Shown here in pieces: positions 9,174 to 18,730 of a stretch of 64,000 nt of DNA. The position numbers and the translations under genes are program-made. Each line of letters opens with the position of its first letter. The first letter of the stretch is position 1. The notes under the pieces were generated by a model. The model was not told where the DNA came from and did not search any database. It saw only the letters and a program-made list of their open reading frames with translations. The stretch is from an uncultured bacterium (GTDB lineage Bacteria > Methylomirabilota > Methylomirabilia > Rokubacteriales > DASRDR01): the NCBI GenBank assembly GCA_964416315.1, contig CAYQDR010000006.1:6540-70539 (forward strand), read 5' to 3'.

Positions 9174-10631
9174 ATGAGCACGACGCAGGCGTTCGACCAG
9201 GTCTTCATCGGCGGCCAGTGGCGGCCCCCCGCCGCGGGCGAGACCTACGGGACGGTCAACCCGGCGACCGAGGAGGAGTCGGCCCGCGTCGCCAAGGGCG
9301 ACGAGCGCGACATCGACCTCGCGGTCCAGGCCGCGCGCCGCGCCTTCGACCAGGGCCCCTGGCCCCGCATGGCCGCGGCCGAGCGCGCCCGCGTCCTCTG
9401 GAAGCTCGCCGACCTCATCACGGCGAACCTCGACGAGATGGCGCGGCTCGAGAGCATCAACACGGGGAAGACGCTCTTCGACTCCGGCAAGGTCGAGCTG
9501 CCGTTCGCGGCCGAGGTCTTCCGCTACTACGCCGGCTGGACGACCAAGATCCACGGGGAGACGCTCGCCCTCCGGGACGGCGCGTTCACCTTCACGCTCC
9601 GCCAGCCCCTCGGTGTCGTCGCCGCCATCGTCCCCTGGAACTTCCCGTTCCTCCTCGCCTCGTGGAAGATCGCGCCCGCGCTCGCCGCGGGGAACACGGT
9701 CGTCCTCAAGCCCGCGTCGCTCACGCCGCTCACGGCGCTCAAGTTCGCCCAGCTCACGGCCGAGGCCGGGCTCCCCGAGGGCGTGTTCAACGTCGTGCCG
9801 GGTCCCGGCGGGAAGGTCGGCATGGCCCTCGTCCGCCACCCTGGCGTGGACAAGGTCGCCTTCACGGGCTCGACCGAGGTCGGCAAGGGGATCATGCGGG
9901 AGGCCGCGGGCACGCTCAAGCGCGTGTCGCTGGAGCTCGGCGGGAAGTCCCCGAACATCGTCTTCGCCGACGCCGACATGGAGGCGGCGGTGCGCGGCGC
10001 GCTGACCGGGATCTTCTACAACAAGGGCGAGGTCTGCGCCGCCGGCTCGCGCCTCTTGCTCGAGGAGCGGGTGCACGACGAGTTCCTGGCGAAGCTCACC
10101 GAGCGCGTGAAGGGCCTCAAGGTCGGCGACCCGCTCGACAAGGCCACGCGCATGGGCCCGGTGGTCTCGAAGCAGCAGCTCGACACGGTCATGGGCTACA
10201 TCGAGGCGGGCCGGAAGGAGGGCGCGCGGGTCGTGGCGGGCGGCGAGCGCGCGTCGGTCGGCAACGGCAAGGGCTACTTCGTCCAGCCGACGATCTTCGC
10301 CGGGGTGAAGAACTCGATGAAGATCGCCCGCGAGGAGATCTTCGGCCCGGTCCTCGCGGTCATCCCGTTCAAGGATGTGGACGAAGGGATCGCTCGGGGA
10401 AACGAGACGTTCTACGGCCTCGCCGCCGCCGTCTGGACGCGCGACGTCGCCAAGGCCCTCCGCGCCGCCCGGGCGATCCGCGCGGGCACGGTCTGGGTCA
10501 ACGCCTACAACCTCTACGACGCCGCCCTCCCCTTCGGCGGCTTCAAGGAGTCCGGCTTCGGTCGGGAGCTCGGCGCCGCCGGCATGGACCCCTACACCGA
10601 AGTCAAGAGCGTGTGGGTCGACCTGTCGTAG
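9174..10631 (+). CDS. NAD(P)-dependent aldehyde dehydrogenase
   Basis: ALDH motifs VLELGGKSP, GEVCAAGSR catalytic Cys, EEIFGPV; GAGGGGAG SD. Confidence 0.9.
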   Translation: MSTTQAFDQVFIGGQWRPPAAGETYGTVNPATEEESARVAKGDERDIDLAVQAARRAFDQGPWPRMAAAERARVLWKLADLITANLDEMARLESINTGKTLFDSGKVELPFAAEVFRYYAGWTTKIHGETLALRDGAFTFTLRQPLGVVAAIVPWNFPFLLASWKIAPALAAGNTVVLKPASLTPLTALKFAQLTAEAGLPEGVFNVVPGPGGKVGMALVRHPGVDKVAFTGSTEVGKGIMREAAGTLKRVSLELGGKSPNIVFADADMEAAVRGALTGIFYNKGEVCAAGSRLLLEERVHDEFLAKLTERVKGLKVGDPLDKATRMGPVVSKQQLDTVMGYIEAGRKEGARVVAGGERASVGNGKGYFVQPTIFAGVKNSMKIAREEIFGPVLAVIPFKDVDEGIARGNETFYGLAAAVWTRDVAKALRAARAIRAGTVWVNAYNLYDAALPFGGFKESGFGRELGAAGMDPYTEVKSVWVDLS

Positions 10632-10724
10632 ACCTGGATCTGATCCCGGACGCTCTCTGGCCCTGAGCCCTCCGCAGAATCGGAGCGGATCACGGCCGGC
10701 TCACCACTCGCCAGGAGGACACCC

Positions 10725-11540
10725 ATGTTCTCGCTCACGGGGAAGTCGTGCGTCGTCACGGGCGCGAGCCGTGGCCTCGGACGGGCGATCGCCCGCGCCT
10801 TCGCGCAGCAGGGCGCCGACGTCGTCCTCGCGGCGCGGGGCGCCGCCGACCTCGAGGCGCTCCGGCGCGAGGTCGAGGCGACGGGGCGGCGTGCCGTCGC
10901 CCGGCCGACCGACGTGACGGACGTCGCGCAGCTCCACGCCCTGGCCGAGGCCGCCCTCGAGGCCTTCGGGAAGCTCGACGTCTGGGTGAACAACGCGGGC
11001 GGGGACACGTCCATCGCCGGCGGCTGGAGCGAGCTCCTCGACATCACCGAGGAGGGCTGGGAGCGCATGGTCCGCCTGAACCTCAAGGCCCAGGTCTTCG
11101 GCGCCCAGGCGGCGGCGCGCGTCATGCGGCGCCAGGGCACGGGCGGCTCCATCATCTTCATGAGCTCGATCGACAGCCTCTACGCGGCGCCCGGGGGCGA
11201 GCTGATCTACGGCGCCTGCAAGGCCGCCGTCAACATGGTCACGCAGACCGCGGCCGTCGAGCTCGGCCAGCACGGGATCCGCGTCAATGCGATCGCGCCG
11301 GCGCTCGTCGAGACGCCGATGACCGCCCCCTGGCTCGCGACCGATGCCGACCGGCGGCTCCGCGCCGCCTTCTACCCGCTCCGCCGCGTCGGCCGGCCGC
11401 CCGACGTGGCGGCGGCCGCCGTCTACCTCGCTTCCGACGAGGCCGCGTGGGTCTCGGGGGCCGTCCTCCTGGTCTCGGGCGGCGCCGTGATGACGAGCGA
11501 CCCCTACCGCTACCTCATGCGCGTCAACGCGCAGCCGTAG
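10725..11540 (+). CDS. SDR family oxidoreductase
   Basis: TGASRGLGRAIA Rossmann motif, YGACKAAV catalytic YxxxK; AGGAGG SD. Confidence 0.85.
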   Translation: MFSLTGKSCVVTGASRGLGRAIARAFAQQGADVVLAARGAADLEALRREVEATGRRAVARPTDVTDVAQLHALAEAALEAFGKLDVWVNNAGGDTSIAGGWSELLDITEEGWERMVRLNLKAQVFGAQAAARVMRRQGTGGSIIFMSSIDSLYAAPGGELIYGACKAAVNMVTQTAAVELGQHGIRVNAIAPALVETPMTAPWLATDADRRLRAAFYPLRRVGRPPDVAAAAVYLASDEAAWVSGAVLLVSGGAVMTSDPYRYLMRVNAQP

Positions 11541-11643
11541 CGGCGCGCGCGCTGGCGGACGCGCGGCGGGTCCCGCTTCCGGCCACGGGGTCCCGAGCGG
11601 CCGCTTGACAAGCCCCCGGCGTGCGACTACTGTGTGGGGCACC

Positions 11644-11718
11644 ATGACGCGGTCCGAATCCCTCTGGTGGTGGCGGCGGTGGTGGTGCCCTGAGGGGGGG
11701 AGGACCGCGCCCGCGTAG
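11644..11718 (+). CDS. trpL: tryptophan operon leader peptide (24 aa, MTRSESLWWWRRWWCPEGGRTAPA, five Trp codons)
   Basis: short ORF 98 nt upstream of trpE with WWW-RR-WW run, followed by terminator hairpin. Confidence 0.6.
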   Translation: MTRSESLWWWRRWWCPEGGRTAPA

Positions 11719-11750
11719 AGTCGACGTAGCAAGCCCAACAGAGACAGGAA

Positions 11751-11791
11751 GCCGAGGGAAGTGGGCGGGGCCCGCACCCTCGGCTTTTTTT
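11751..11791 (+). terminator. attenuator/intrinsic terminator: GCCGAGGG...CCCTCGGC stem followed by TTTTTTT
   Basis: read directly; located between leader peptide and trpE start. Confidence 0.6.
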
Positions 11792-11815
11792 GTCGTCCGG
11801 ATGAGGAGGGCGGAG

Positions 11816-13306
11816 ATGTCCGCGATCGCGCTGGAGCCGACGCAGAGCGAGTTCCTGAGCCTCAAGGGGGACGCCAACGTCGTGCCGGTCTCCTGCGAGC
11901 TGCTGGCCGACCTGGAGACGCCCATCTCCGCCTACATGAAGCTGCGCGACCTGCCGTCGAGCTTCCTCCTCGAGAGCGTCGAGGGGAGCGCTCAGGTCTG
12001 CCGCTTCTCGGTGCTCGGCGGCAGCCCCCGCCTCGTCCTCGAGTGCGACGGCCGCATCGTCAGGGTCACCGCGCCGGACGGGCGCGTCCTGGGGGAGGGC
12101 GAGCCCCGCGCGACCGTGCGCGCGCACCTCGACCGGTACCGGGCCGTGCGCCGGCCCGAGCTGCCGCCCTTCGTGGGCGGCTACCTCGGCTACCTCGGCT
12201 ACGACGCCGTGCGGCTGTGGGAGCGCCTGCCCGGCCGGCCGCCCGACGATCTCGGCCTCCCCGTCTTCCGCCTGGCCCTCATGGACACCGTCGTCGTCTT
12301 CGACCACCGCCGCCACACGCTGCGGGTCGTCGCCAACGCGTTCCTCGACGACGGGGCCGAGGCGGCGTACCGGCAGGCGCGGGAGCGGATCGCCGCGACG
12401 GTCGCCCGCCTCGAGGGCCCGCGCCCCCCGCAGCCGCCCGCGCCCCGCCTCGACCTCGACACGCGGGCGAATGTCACGCCCGAGGCGTACTGTGCCGGCG
12501 TCGAGCGCGCCAAGGAGTACATCCGCGCGGGCGACATCTACCAGGTGATCGTCTCCCAGCGCTTCTCGACGTCTGTTCCGGGGCTCGATCCCCTCGCGAT
12601 CTACCGGGCGCTTCGGGTCCTGAACCCCTCCCCGTACATGTTCCTCCTGGACTCCGGCGCGGGGATGCTGGTCGGCTCCTCGCCCGAGCGCCTGGTGCGC
12701 CTCGAGGAGGGCCGGATCGACATGCGCCCGCTCGCGGGGACGCGACCCCGGGGGAGAACCGAGGCCGAGGATCGCGCGCTCGCCGAGGGGCTCCTCGCCG
12801 ATCCGAAGGAGCGCGCGGAGCACGTGATGCTCGTGGACCTCACCCGGAACGACGTGGGGCGCGTGTCGCGCTACGGGACGGTCCGGGTGACGGAGCTGAT
12901 GGCCGTCGAGCGCTACTCCCACGTCATGCACCTCGCCTCCCACGTCGAGGGGCAGCTCCTCCCGGGCCGGGGCGCCTGGGACGTCCTCGAGGCGGTCTTC
13001 CCCCACGGGACCGTGAGCGGGGCGCCCAAGGTGCGGGCGATGGAGATCATCGACGAGCTGGAGCCCGTGGCCCGTGGCCCGTACGCGGGCACGGTCGGCT
13101 ACATCGGCTTCGACGGGGCGCTGAACACGGCGATCACCATCCGCACGGTCCTCGTCCGGGACGGCGTCGCGTCGGTCCAGGCGGGCGCCGGGATCGTCGC
13201 CGACTCGGTCCCGGAGCGGGAGCACCAGGAGTGCGTCGCGAAGGCCCGGGGCGTGCTGCGGGCCATCGAGCGCGCGGGGGTGGAGCATGCTGCTGGTCCT
13301 CGATAA
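11816..13306 (+). CDS. trpE: anthranilate synthase component I
   Basis: chorismate-binding enzyme motifs ([30 protein letters not shown]); AGGAGG 6 nt upstream of ATG 11816. Confidence 0.9.
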   Translation: MSAIALEPTQSEFLSLKGDANVVPVSCELLADLETPISAYMKLRDLPSSFLLESVEGSAQVCRFSVLGGSPRLVLECDGRIVRVTAPDGRVLGEGEPRATVRAHLDRYRAVRRPELPPFVGGYLGYLGYDAVRLWERLPGRPPDDLGLPVFRLALMDTVVVFDHRRHTLRVVANAFLDDGAEAAYRQARERIAATVARLEGPRPPQPPAPRLDLDTRANVTPEAYCAGVERAKEYIRAGDIYQVIVSQRFSTSVPGLDPLAIYRALRVLNPSPYMFLLDSGAGMLVGSSPERLVRLEEGRIDMRPLAGTRPRGRTEAEDRALAEGLLADPKERAEHVMLVDLTRNDVGRVSRYGTVRVTELMAVERYSHVMHLASHVEGQLLPGRGAWDVLEAVFPHGTVSGAPKVRAMEIIDELEPVARGPYAGTVGYIGFDGALNTAITIRTVLVRDGVASVQAGAGIVADSVPEREHQECVAKARGVLRAIERAGVEHAAGPR

Positions 13307-13913
13307 CTACGACTCGTTCACCTACAACCTCGTCCAGTACCTCGGCGAACTCGGCGCCACCCTGGCCGTCCACCGGAACGACCGGATCTCGCTCGCCGAC
13401 GTCGAGCGGCTCGGACCGGACGGGATCGTCATCTCGCCGGGCCCCGGGGATCCCGACGACGCCGGGGTCTCGAACGCGGTGATCCGCGCCTTCGCCGGCC
13501 GGGTCCCGATCCTCGGCGTCTGTCTCGGCCACCAGTGCATCGGCGAGGTGTTCGGGGGCGTGGTGGCGCGGGCGTCCGAGCCGGTGCACGGGAAGACCTC
13601 CTGGATCCACCATGACGGCCGCGGGGTCTTCGCCGCCGTGCCCAGCCCGTTCGAGGCGACGCGCTACCACTCGCTCATCGTCCGGCGGGAGGGGCTGCCC
13701 GAGTGCCTCGAGGTCTCGGCCTGGACCGAGGAGGGGCTCATCATGGGCCTCCGCCACCGGACGGCGACCGTGGAGGGAGTCCAGTTCCACCCGGAGTCGA
13801 TCCTCACGAGCGTGGGGAAGGCCCTCCTCCGGAACTTCCTCGCGACCGGCGGGGCGTCCGCGCCATCCGCCGGGATCGATCTCACGGGCTCCGGGGCCGA
13901 AATTCCTTCTTGA
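13287..13913 (+). CDS. trpG: anthranilate synthase component II / glutamine amidotransferase
   Basis: [25 protein letters not shown] catalytic Cys, FHPES; overlaps trpE end. Confidence 0.85.
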   Translation: MLLVLDNYDSFTYNLVQYLGELGATLAVHRNDRISLADVERLGPDGIVISPGPGDPDDAGVSNAVIRAFAGRVPILGVCLGHQCIGEVFGGVVARASEPVHGKTSWIHHDGRGVFAAVPSPFEATRYHSLIVRREGLPECLEVSAWTEEGLIMGLRHRTATVEGVQFHPESILTSVGKALLRNFLATGGASAPSAGIDLTGSGAEIPS

Positions 13914-13938
13914 CATTCCCGATGGACATAGGTACTTA
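13910..13938 (+). promoter_or_regulatory. near-consensus promoter TTGACA-17-TACTTA; -10 ends 7 nt before ATG 13945 (leaderless transcript predicted)
   Basis: AT-rich island in GC-rich DNA overlapping trpG stop. Confidence 0.4.
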
Positions 13939-13944
13939 TCCCCC

Positions 13945-14172
13945 ATGTCCCGTCCCCTTCCCGTCGCCCCCGGGGGCTCCCCGGCGACGCCCCCAGTCAC
14001 GCCGGCGCCCCGGCGCTGCCCCGTCTGCCGGACGAAGATCGTCGTCCCCGACCCCCAGGGGGTCGTGGTCAAGAACGCGATCCTGCGGGTGAGTCGGGAG
14101 ACCGGGCAGGCGACCGCGAAGTGTCCACGCTGCAAGGCGTGGATGGAGGTGCCGCTGCAGTACCGCGAGTAG
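13945..14172 (+). CDS. small zinc-ribbon protein (75 aa, two CPxC pairs; Mu Com-like arrangement)
   Basis: MSRPLPV...CPVCRTKIVV...CPRCKAWMEV; no SD, apparently leaderless; followed by terminator. Confidence 0.5.
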   Translation: MSRPLPVAPGGSPATPPVTPAPRRCPVCRTKIVVPDPQGVVVKNAILRVSRETGQATAKCPRCKAWMEVPLQYRE

Positions 14173-14214
14173 CCCAAGCCCCGCGCGAAGGCGAAAGTCG
14201 CAGGAAGACGGAAA

Positions 14215-14254
14215 GCCGAGCGGTGCGGGCCCCAAGCCCGCCCCTCGGCTTTTT
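14215..14254 (+). terminator. intrinsic terminator GCCGAGCGG...CCCCTCGGC + TTTTT
   Basis: hairpin plus T-run after zinc-ribbon ORF; resembles trp attenuator hairpin. Confidence 0.5.
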
Positions 14255-14282
14255 CGTTTCGGCTTCGACGAGGAGAGGCGAG

Positions 14283-15977
14283 ATGAGCGACCAGCCGAAG
14301 GAGACGAAGGCCCAGCGTGTCGAACGGTTGAAGCGCGAGCTGAACCCCTGGGAGCACTTCCAGGAGATCCTCCGCTTCGCCCGCGAGGGCTACGAGGCGA
14401 TCCCGCCCGAGTGGAACACGTATTTCCGGTGGTGGGGCGTCTACTCGCAAGGAGACGGCGTCGGCGCGATCGGCGGGAAGGGCGGCGAGGGGAAGGCCGT
14501 GCCCTACTTCATGGTCCGGATCCGGATCCCGAACGGCTTTCTCGTCTCCCACCAGCTCCGGACGATCGCCGACCTGGCCGAGCGGCACGCGCGCGGGATC
14601 GCCGACCTCACGGTCCGCCAGAACATCCAGCTCCACTGGGTGCGGATCGAGGACCTCCCGGCGATCTTCGAGGACCTCGGCCGCGCCGGGATCACCACCA
14701 TGGGCGCGTGCGGGGACGACACCCGCAACGTCACCGGCTGCCCGCTCGCCGGCGTGGACGCCGACGAGATCGTGGACGCTTCCCCCCTCGTCCACGCGGC
14801 CACGCGAATGCTCAACGGCAACCCCGAGTTCTACAACCTGCCGCGCAAGTACAAGATCTCGGTCACCGGGTGCCGCGTCTGGTGCTCCTACCCCGAGATC
14901 AACGACATCGGGATGACCGCCCTCCCCCACCCGCGGACGGGCGAGATCGGCTTCTCGGTCCGCGCCGGCGGAGGGCTGTCCACCGACCCGCATCTGGGGG
15001 TGCGGCTCGATGCCTTCGTCCGCTGGAACCAGGTGGTGCCGGTGATCCTCGGGATCAGCGAGATCTTCCGGGACAGCGACGTCCTCCGCCAGAACCGGGA
15101 GAAGGCCCGGCTCAAGTTCTTGTTTCTCGCCTACGGGTGGACGGCGGAAAGCTTCCAGGCGGAGCTCGAGCGCCGGCTCGGCTTCCCGCTGGACCGCGCC
15201 GTGTCCGAGGATCCGCCGGACGACGTCTACCGGGACCACGTCGGGATCCACCCGCAGAAGCAGGAGGGCTACCGCTACGCGGGGCTTGCGGTCCTCCGCG
15301 GCCGCATGACCCCGCCCGAGATGCGGGTCGTCGCCGACCTCGCCGACCGCTTCGGGACCGGGGAGCTCCGGACGACCAACATGCAGAACCTCGTCATCCC
15401 GAACGTGCGCCGGGAGCGGGCCGACGCGCTGGGGCGCGAGCTTGAGGCCGCGGGGCTCAGGCTCCATGCCTCGCCGTTCTGGCGCGGGACCATCGCCTGC
15501 ACGGGCACCGAGTTCTGCAAGCTCGCGCTGACCGAGACCAAGGGCTTCGCCCGCTGGCTGGTGGAGGATCTGGAGCGGCGGCTCCCGGGCTTCGATCAGC
15601 ACGTGAAGATCCACGTCACCGGCTGCCCGAACAGCTGCGGCCAGCACTGGATCGCCGACATCGGCATCGAGGGGAAGAAGCTGAAGGTGGACGGCAGGCT
15701 CGTGGACGCCTACTACTTCTGCGTGGGTGGGGCGGTGGGGAAGCACCAGGGTAAGGCCCGCCCGATCGGCTACCGCGTCCCGGCCACCGGAGTTCCCGAG
15801 GCCGTCGAGCGGCTGCTGACGGCGTACCTCGAGGAGCGCTGGGGCGGCGAGAACTTTCGCGAGTTCGCGGCCCGCCACTCCGATGACGAGCTCCGAAACT
15901 TCCTGGCCGGGGAGACCGTCGCAGCGGTCGCGCGCGACCCCTCACCCGGCCGAGCGCCGCACGGCGTCGACGGCTGA
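14283..15977 (+). CDS. ferredoxin-dependent sulfite/nitrite reductase hemoprotein (siroheme + 4Fe-4S)
   Basis: siroheme/Fe-S cysteine cluster CTGTEFCKLA...TGCPNSCGQH; GGAGAGG SD before ATG 14283. Confidence 0.85.
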   Translation: MSDQPKETKAQRVERLKRELNPWEHFQEILRFAREGYEAIPPEWNTYFRWWGVYSQGDGVGAIGGKGGEGKAVPYFMVRIRIPNGFLVSHQLRTIADLAERHARGIADLTVRQNIQLHWVRIEDLPAIFEDLGRAGITTMGACGDDTRNVTGCPLAGVDADEIVDASPLVHAATRMLNGNPEFYNLPRKYKISVTGCRVWCSYPEINDIGMTALPHPRTGEIGFSVRAGGGLSTDPHLGVRLDAFVRWNQVVPVILGISEIFRDSDVLRQNREKARLKFLFLAYGWTAESFQAELERRLGFPLDRAVSEDPPDDVYRDHVGIHPQKQEGYRYAGLAVLRGRMTPPEMRVVADLADRFGTGELRTTNMQNLVIPNVRRERADALGRELEAAGLRLHASPFWRGTIACTGTEFCKLALTETKGFARWLVEDLERRLPGFDQHVKIHVTGCPNSCGQHWIADIGIEGKKLKVDGRLVDAYYFCVGGAVGKHQGKARPIGYRVPATGVPEAVERLLTAYLEERWGGENFREFAARHSDDELRNFLAGETVAAVARDPSPGRAPHGVDG

Positions 15978-15979
15978 CG

Positions 15980-16615
15980 ATGGGGTATTACCCGATCGTC
16001 GTCGAGATGGCGGGCCGGCTCTGCCTCGTCGTCGGTGGCGGGGCCGTGGCCGAGCGCAAGGTAGAAGGCCTCCTGGACGTGGGCGCGAGCGTCACGGTCG
16101 TCGGCCCCCGCCTCACCGAGCGTCTTGCCTCCTGGGTGGAGGCAGGCACGGTTCGCCATGTGGCCCGCGCCTATCGCCCCGGCGACCTGGTCGGGTACGC
16201 GCTGGCGTTCGTCGCAACGGACGACCGCGCGGTCAACGCTCAGGTCTTCCGGGACGCGAAGGCGCGCGGCGTCTGGGTCAACGCCGCGGACGACCCCGCC
16301 CACTGCGATTTCATCCTCCCCTCGGTCCTTCGACGCGGCGAGCTCACGGTCGCGGTGGCCACGGGAGGCGCGAGTCCGGCTCTGTCGAGAGCCATCCGGG
16401 AGGAGCTCGAAGCCTACTTCACCGACGACTACGCGGCACTCGCCCACGTCGTCGCCGAGGTGAGGCGGGAGCTCAGGCGGCGCGCTCCCCTCCCCGACGC
16501 GACGGCGTGGCGCACGGCTCTCGACGCCGACCTTCGCCGGCTCGTCGCCGAGGGGAAGCGCGAGGAGGCCAAGGTCCACCTCCTCGGGCGGCTGGAGGCG
16601 GGGAGATGCGGCTAG
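15980..16615 (+). CDS. sirC: precorrin-2 dehydrogenase / sirohydrochlorin ferrochelatase (SirC/CysG N-domain-like)
   Basis: Rossmann LVVGGGAVAERK, family-typical VNAADDP motif. Confidence 0.75.
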   Translation: MGYYPIVVEMAGRLCLVVGGGAVAERKVEGLLDVGASVTVVGPRLTERLASWVEAGTVRHVARAYRPGDLVGYALAFVATDDRAVNAQVFRDAKARGVWVNAADDPAHCDFILPSVLRRGELTVAVATGGASPALSRAIREELEAYFTDDYAALAHVVAEVRRELRRRAPLPDATAWRTALDADLRRLVAEGKREEAKVHLLGRLEAGRCG

Positions 16616-17412
16616 GCACCGTGTACCTCGTGGGCGCGGGCCCGGGGGACCCGGGCCTCCTGACGATCCGGGGCCGGGACCTGCTGCGGACAGCGGACGT
16701 GGTCGTCTACGACCGCCTGGTCAACCCGAGGATTCTGGACGAGGCGCCGGCGCGGGCACTCCGCATCTTCGCCGGCAAGCTAACCGGAAGCCATCCCCTC
16801 CCCCAAGAGCAGATCAACGATCTCCTCGTCGCCCACGCCCGCCGTGGTCGCCGCGTGGTCCGGCTGAAGGGCGGCGACCCTTTCGTCTTCGGCCGGGGTG
16901 GCGAGGAGGCCGAGGTGCTGGCCGAGGCGGGGATCCCGTTCGAGGTGGTGCCGGGCGTCAGCTCGGTGGTGGCGGTCCCGGCCTACGCCGGCATCCCGCT
17001 CACCCACCGCAAGCTCTCCTCCTCGTTCGCCGTGATCACCGGCCACGAGGATGCCTGCAAGGGGGCGCCGGCCGTGGACTGGGGGCGCCTCGCGACCGCC
17101 GTGGACACCCTCGTCATCCTCATGGGCGTGCGGACCCTGCCGCAGACCGTGGCTACCCTCTTGGCCCACGGCCGCTCCCGGGCCACCCCGGTGGCGTTGA
17201 TCCGCTGGGGGACGACGTCGGCCCAGGAGACCGTGGTCGGCGTGCTCGCCGACATCGTCGCGAAGGCGCGCGCCGCCTCGCTGGAGCCGCCGGTGATCGC
17301 GGTCGTCGGCGACGTGGTGACGCTCCGGGAGCAGCTGCGGTGGTTCGAGGAGGGAGCGGCGGCGTGGCCCGACGAGAGGGCGGCGATCCTTTCCGCAACC
17401 CGAATGACGTGA
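16606..17412 (+). CDS. cobA: uroporphyrinogen-III C-methyltransferase
   Basis: VYLVGAGPGDPGLLT, VVRLKGGDPFVFGRGGEE SUMT motifs; overlaps sirC end. Confidence 0.85.
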   Translation: MRLGTVYLVGAGPGDPGLLTIRGRDLLRTADVVVYDRLVNPRILDEAPARALRIFAGKLTGSHPLPQEQINDLLVAHARRGRRVVRLKGGDPFVFGRGGEEAEVLAEAGIPFEVVPGVSSVVAVPAYAGIPLTHRKLSSSFAVITGHEDACKGAPAVDWGRLATAVDTLVILMGVRTLPQTVATLLAHGRSRATPVALIRWGTTSAQETVVGVLADIVAKARAASLEPPVIAVVGDVVTLREQLRWFEEGAAAWPDERAAILSATRMT

Positions 17413-17544
17413 GGAGGCAGCCATGAGCGTCACCGACGCGTGAAGACGGGGCGGCTCCGCGAGGTGGCGTGACCGGCACCCCCCGCTCTCTGCTAGAATC
17501 GGCGCCGTCGGCGGCCCCGGGCTGCCGCCGGGAGGCCAGATGCC

Positions 17545-18687
17545 ATGATCCGCCGGTTCTCGGTCCTTTACGTCGGCCAGATCGAGCTGGAGAACGTCGG
17601 GCGGGAGGGCACGCCCGCCGATGCGCGGCGTTACCCGAACGAGCGCGTCGTCGAGGCCTACCGCACCGTGGTCGACCTCGCCCGACTCATGGACGACCTC
17701 GGCTTCTACTGCCTCTGGACGGCCGAGCACCACTTCCAGCGGGAGGGGTACGAGGTCCTCCCGAACCTGATCCTGCTCGGGACCTACCTTGCCGCGGTCA
17801 CGAAGCGCCTCAAGTTCGGTTGCGCCTTCAACATCCTCCCCATGTGGCATCCGATCCGGCTCGCCGAGGACTACGCCGTCGCCGACATCCTCACGAACGG
17901 CCGCGTCATCATGGGGATCGGCCGCGGCTACCACTCGCGCGAGGTCGAGTCCTTCGGCGCCCCGGTCCTCGACCAGCCGGCGAACCGGGAGCTGTTCGAG
18001 GAAGGGTTCGAGCTGATGACGAAGGCCTGGAACGAGGAGGCGTTCAGCCACCGCGGCAAGCACTACACGGTCCCGCCGGCGATCAAGTACCGCGCGTACG
18101 AGCTCACCGAACTGACGCTCGTCCCCCGCCCGATCCGCCGGCCCGTGGAGATCTGGCAGCCGATCGCGAGCGGCAAGAGCATCGACTTCATGGCGCGCCA
18201 CGGGATCAAGGGCATGGTGACGCTGAACGGCGAGAGGGTCACCGACCAGGTCTTCCGCGCGTACCGCGACGCGTGCGCCGAGTACGGCCGCCAGCTCGAG
18301 CTGGGCCAGGACCTCATCCTCGGCCTGGGGTTCTACATGGCGGAGACCCGCGGGGCGGCGATCCGCGAGGTCGAGCCGGCCCACGACGAGCGCTACAAGT
18401 GGTTCGCCCCGTTCGGCTTCGTGCGCTACGCGGACCCCGAGGGGCGGCCGTGGGGGTCGCCGGGGGCCCCGGCACGCGCCCCGACGATCCACGAAGGGGT
18501 CGAGCAGAAGGCCTGGATGGTCGGCTCGCCCGCCGACTGCATCGCGCTCCTCCGGGAGTACGAGGCCAAGTACCCGGGCCTCGAACAGGTGATGCTCCAC
18601 TGGCCCGAGGGCGTCCCCCCGCGCGAGTTCATGGACCAGCTCCGCTGGTTCGCCCGCGACGTCATGCCGGCCTTCGCCCGGAGGTAA
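17545..18687 (+). CDS. LLM-class flavin-dependent oxidoreductase (luciferase-like monooxygenase family)
   Basis: TIM-barrel LLM pattern (LWTAEHHF, GIGRGY). Confidence 0.8.
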   Translation: MIRRFSVLYVGQIELENVGREGTPADARRYPNERVVEAYRTVVDLARLMDDLGFYCLWTAEHHFQREGYEVLPNLILLGTYLAAVTKRLKFGCAFNILPMWHPIRLAEDYAVADILTNGRVIMGIGRGYHSREVESFGAPVLDQPANRELFEEGFELMTKAWNEEAFSHRGKHYTVPPAIKYRAYELTELTLVPRPIRRPVEIWQPIASGKSIDFMARHGIKGMVTLNGERVTDQVFRAYRDACAEYGRQLELGQDLILGLGFYMAETRGAAIREVEPAHDERYKWFAPFGFVRYADPEGRPWGSPGAPARAPTIHEGVEQKAWMVGSPADCIALLREYEAKYPGLEQVMLHWPEGVPPREFMDQLRWFARDVMPAFARR

Positions 18688-18730
18688 CGCCGAGCCGACT
18701 CTTGACCCCTCCCGTGCGTGCCGGCTAGTC

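Noticed and set aside
17413-17544. Possible 6-codon uORF (MSVTDA) with GAGGAGG SD and a TAGAAT box before the LLM oxidoreductase gene
   Set aside because: Too short and no supporting -35 element or conservation evidence. Kept only as a note.
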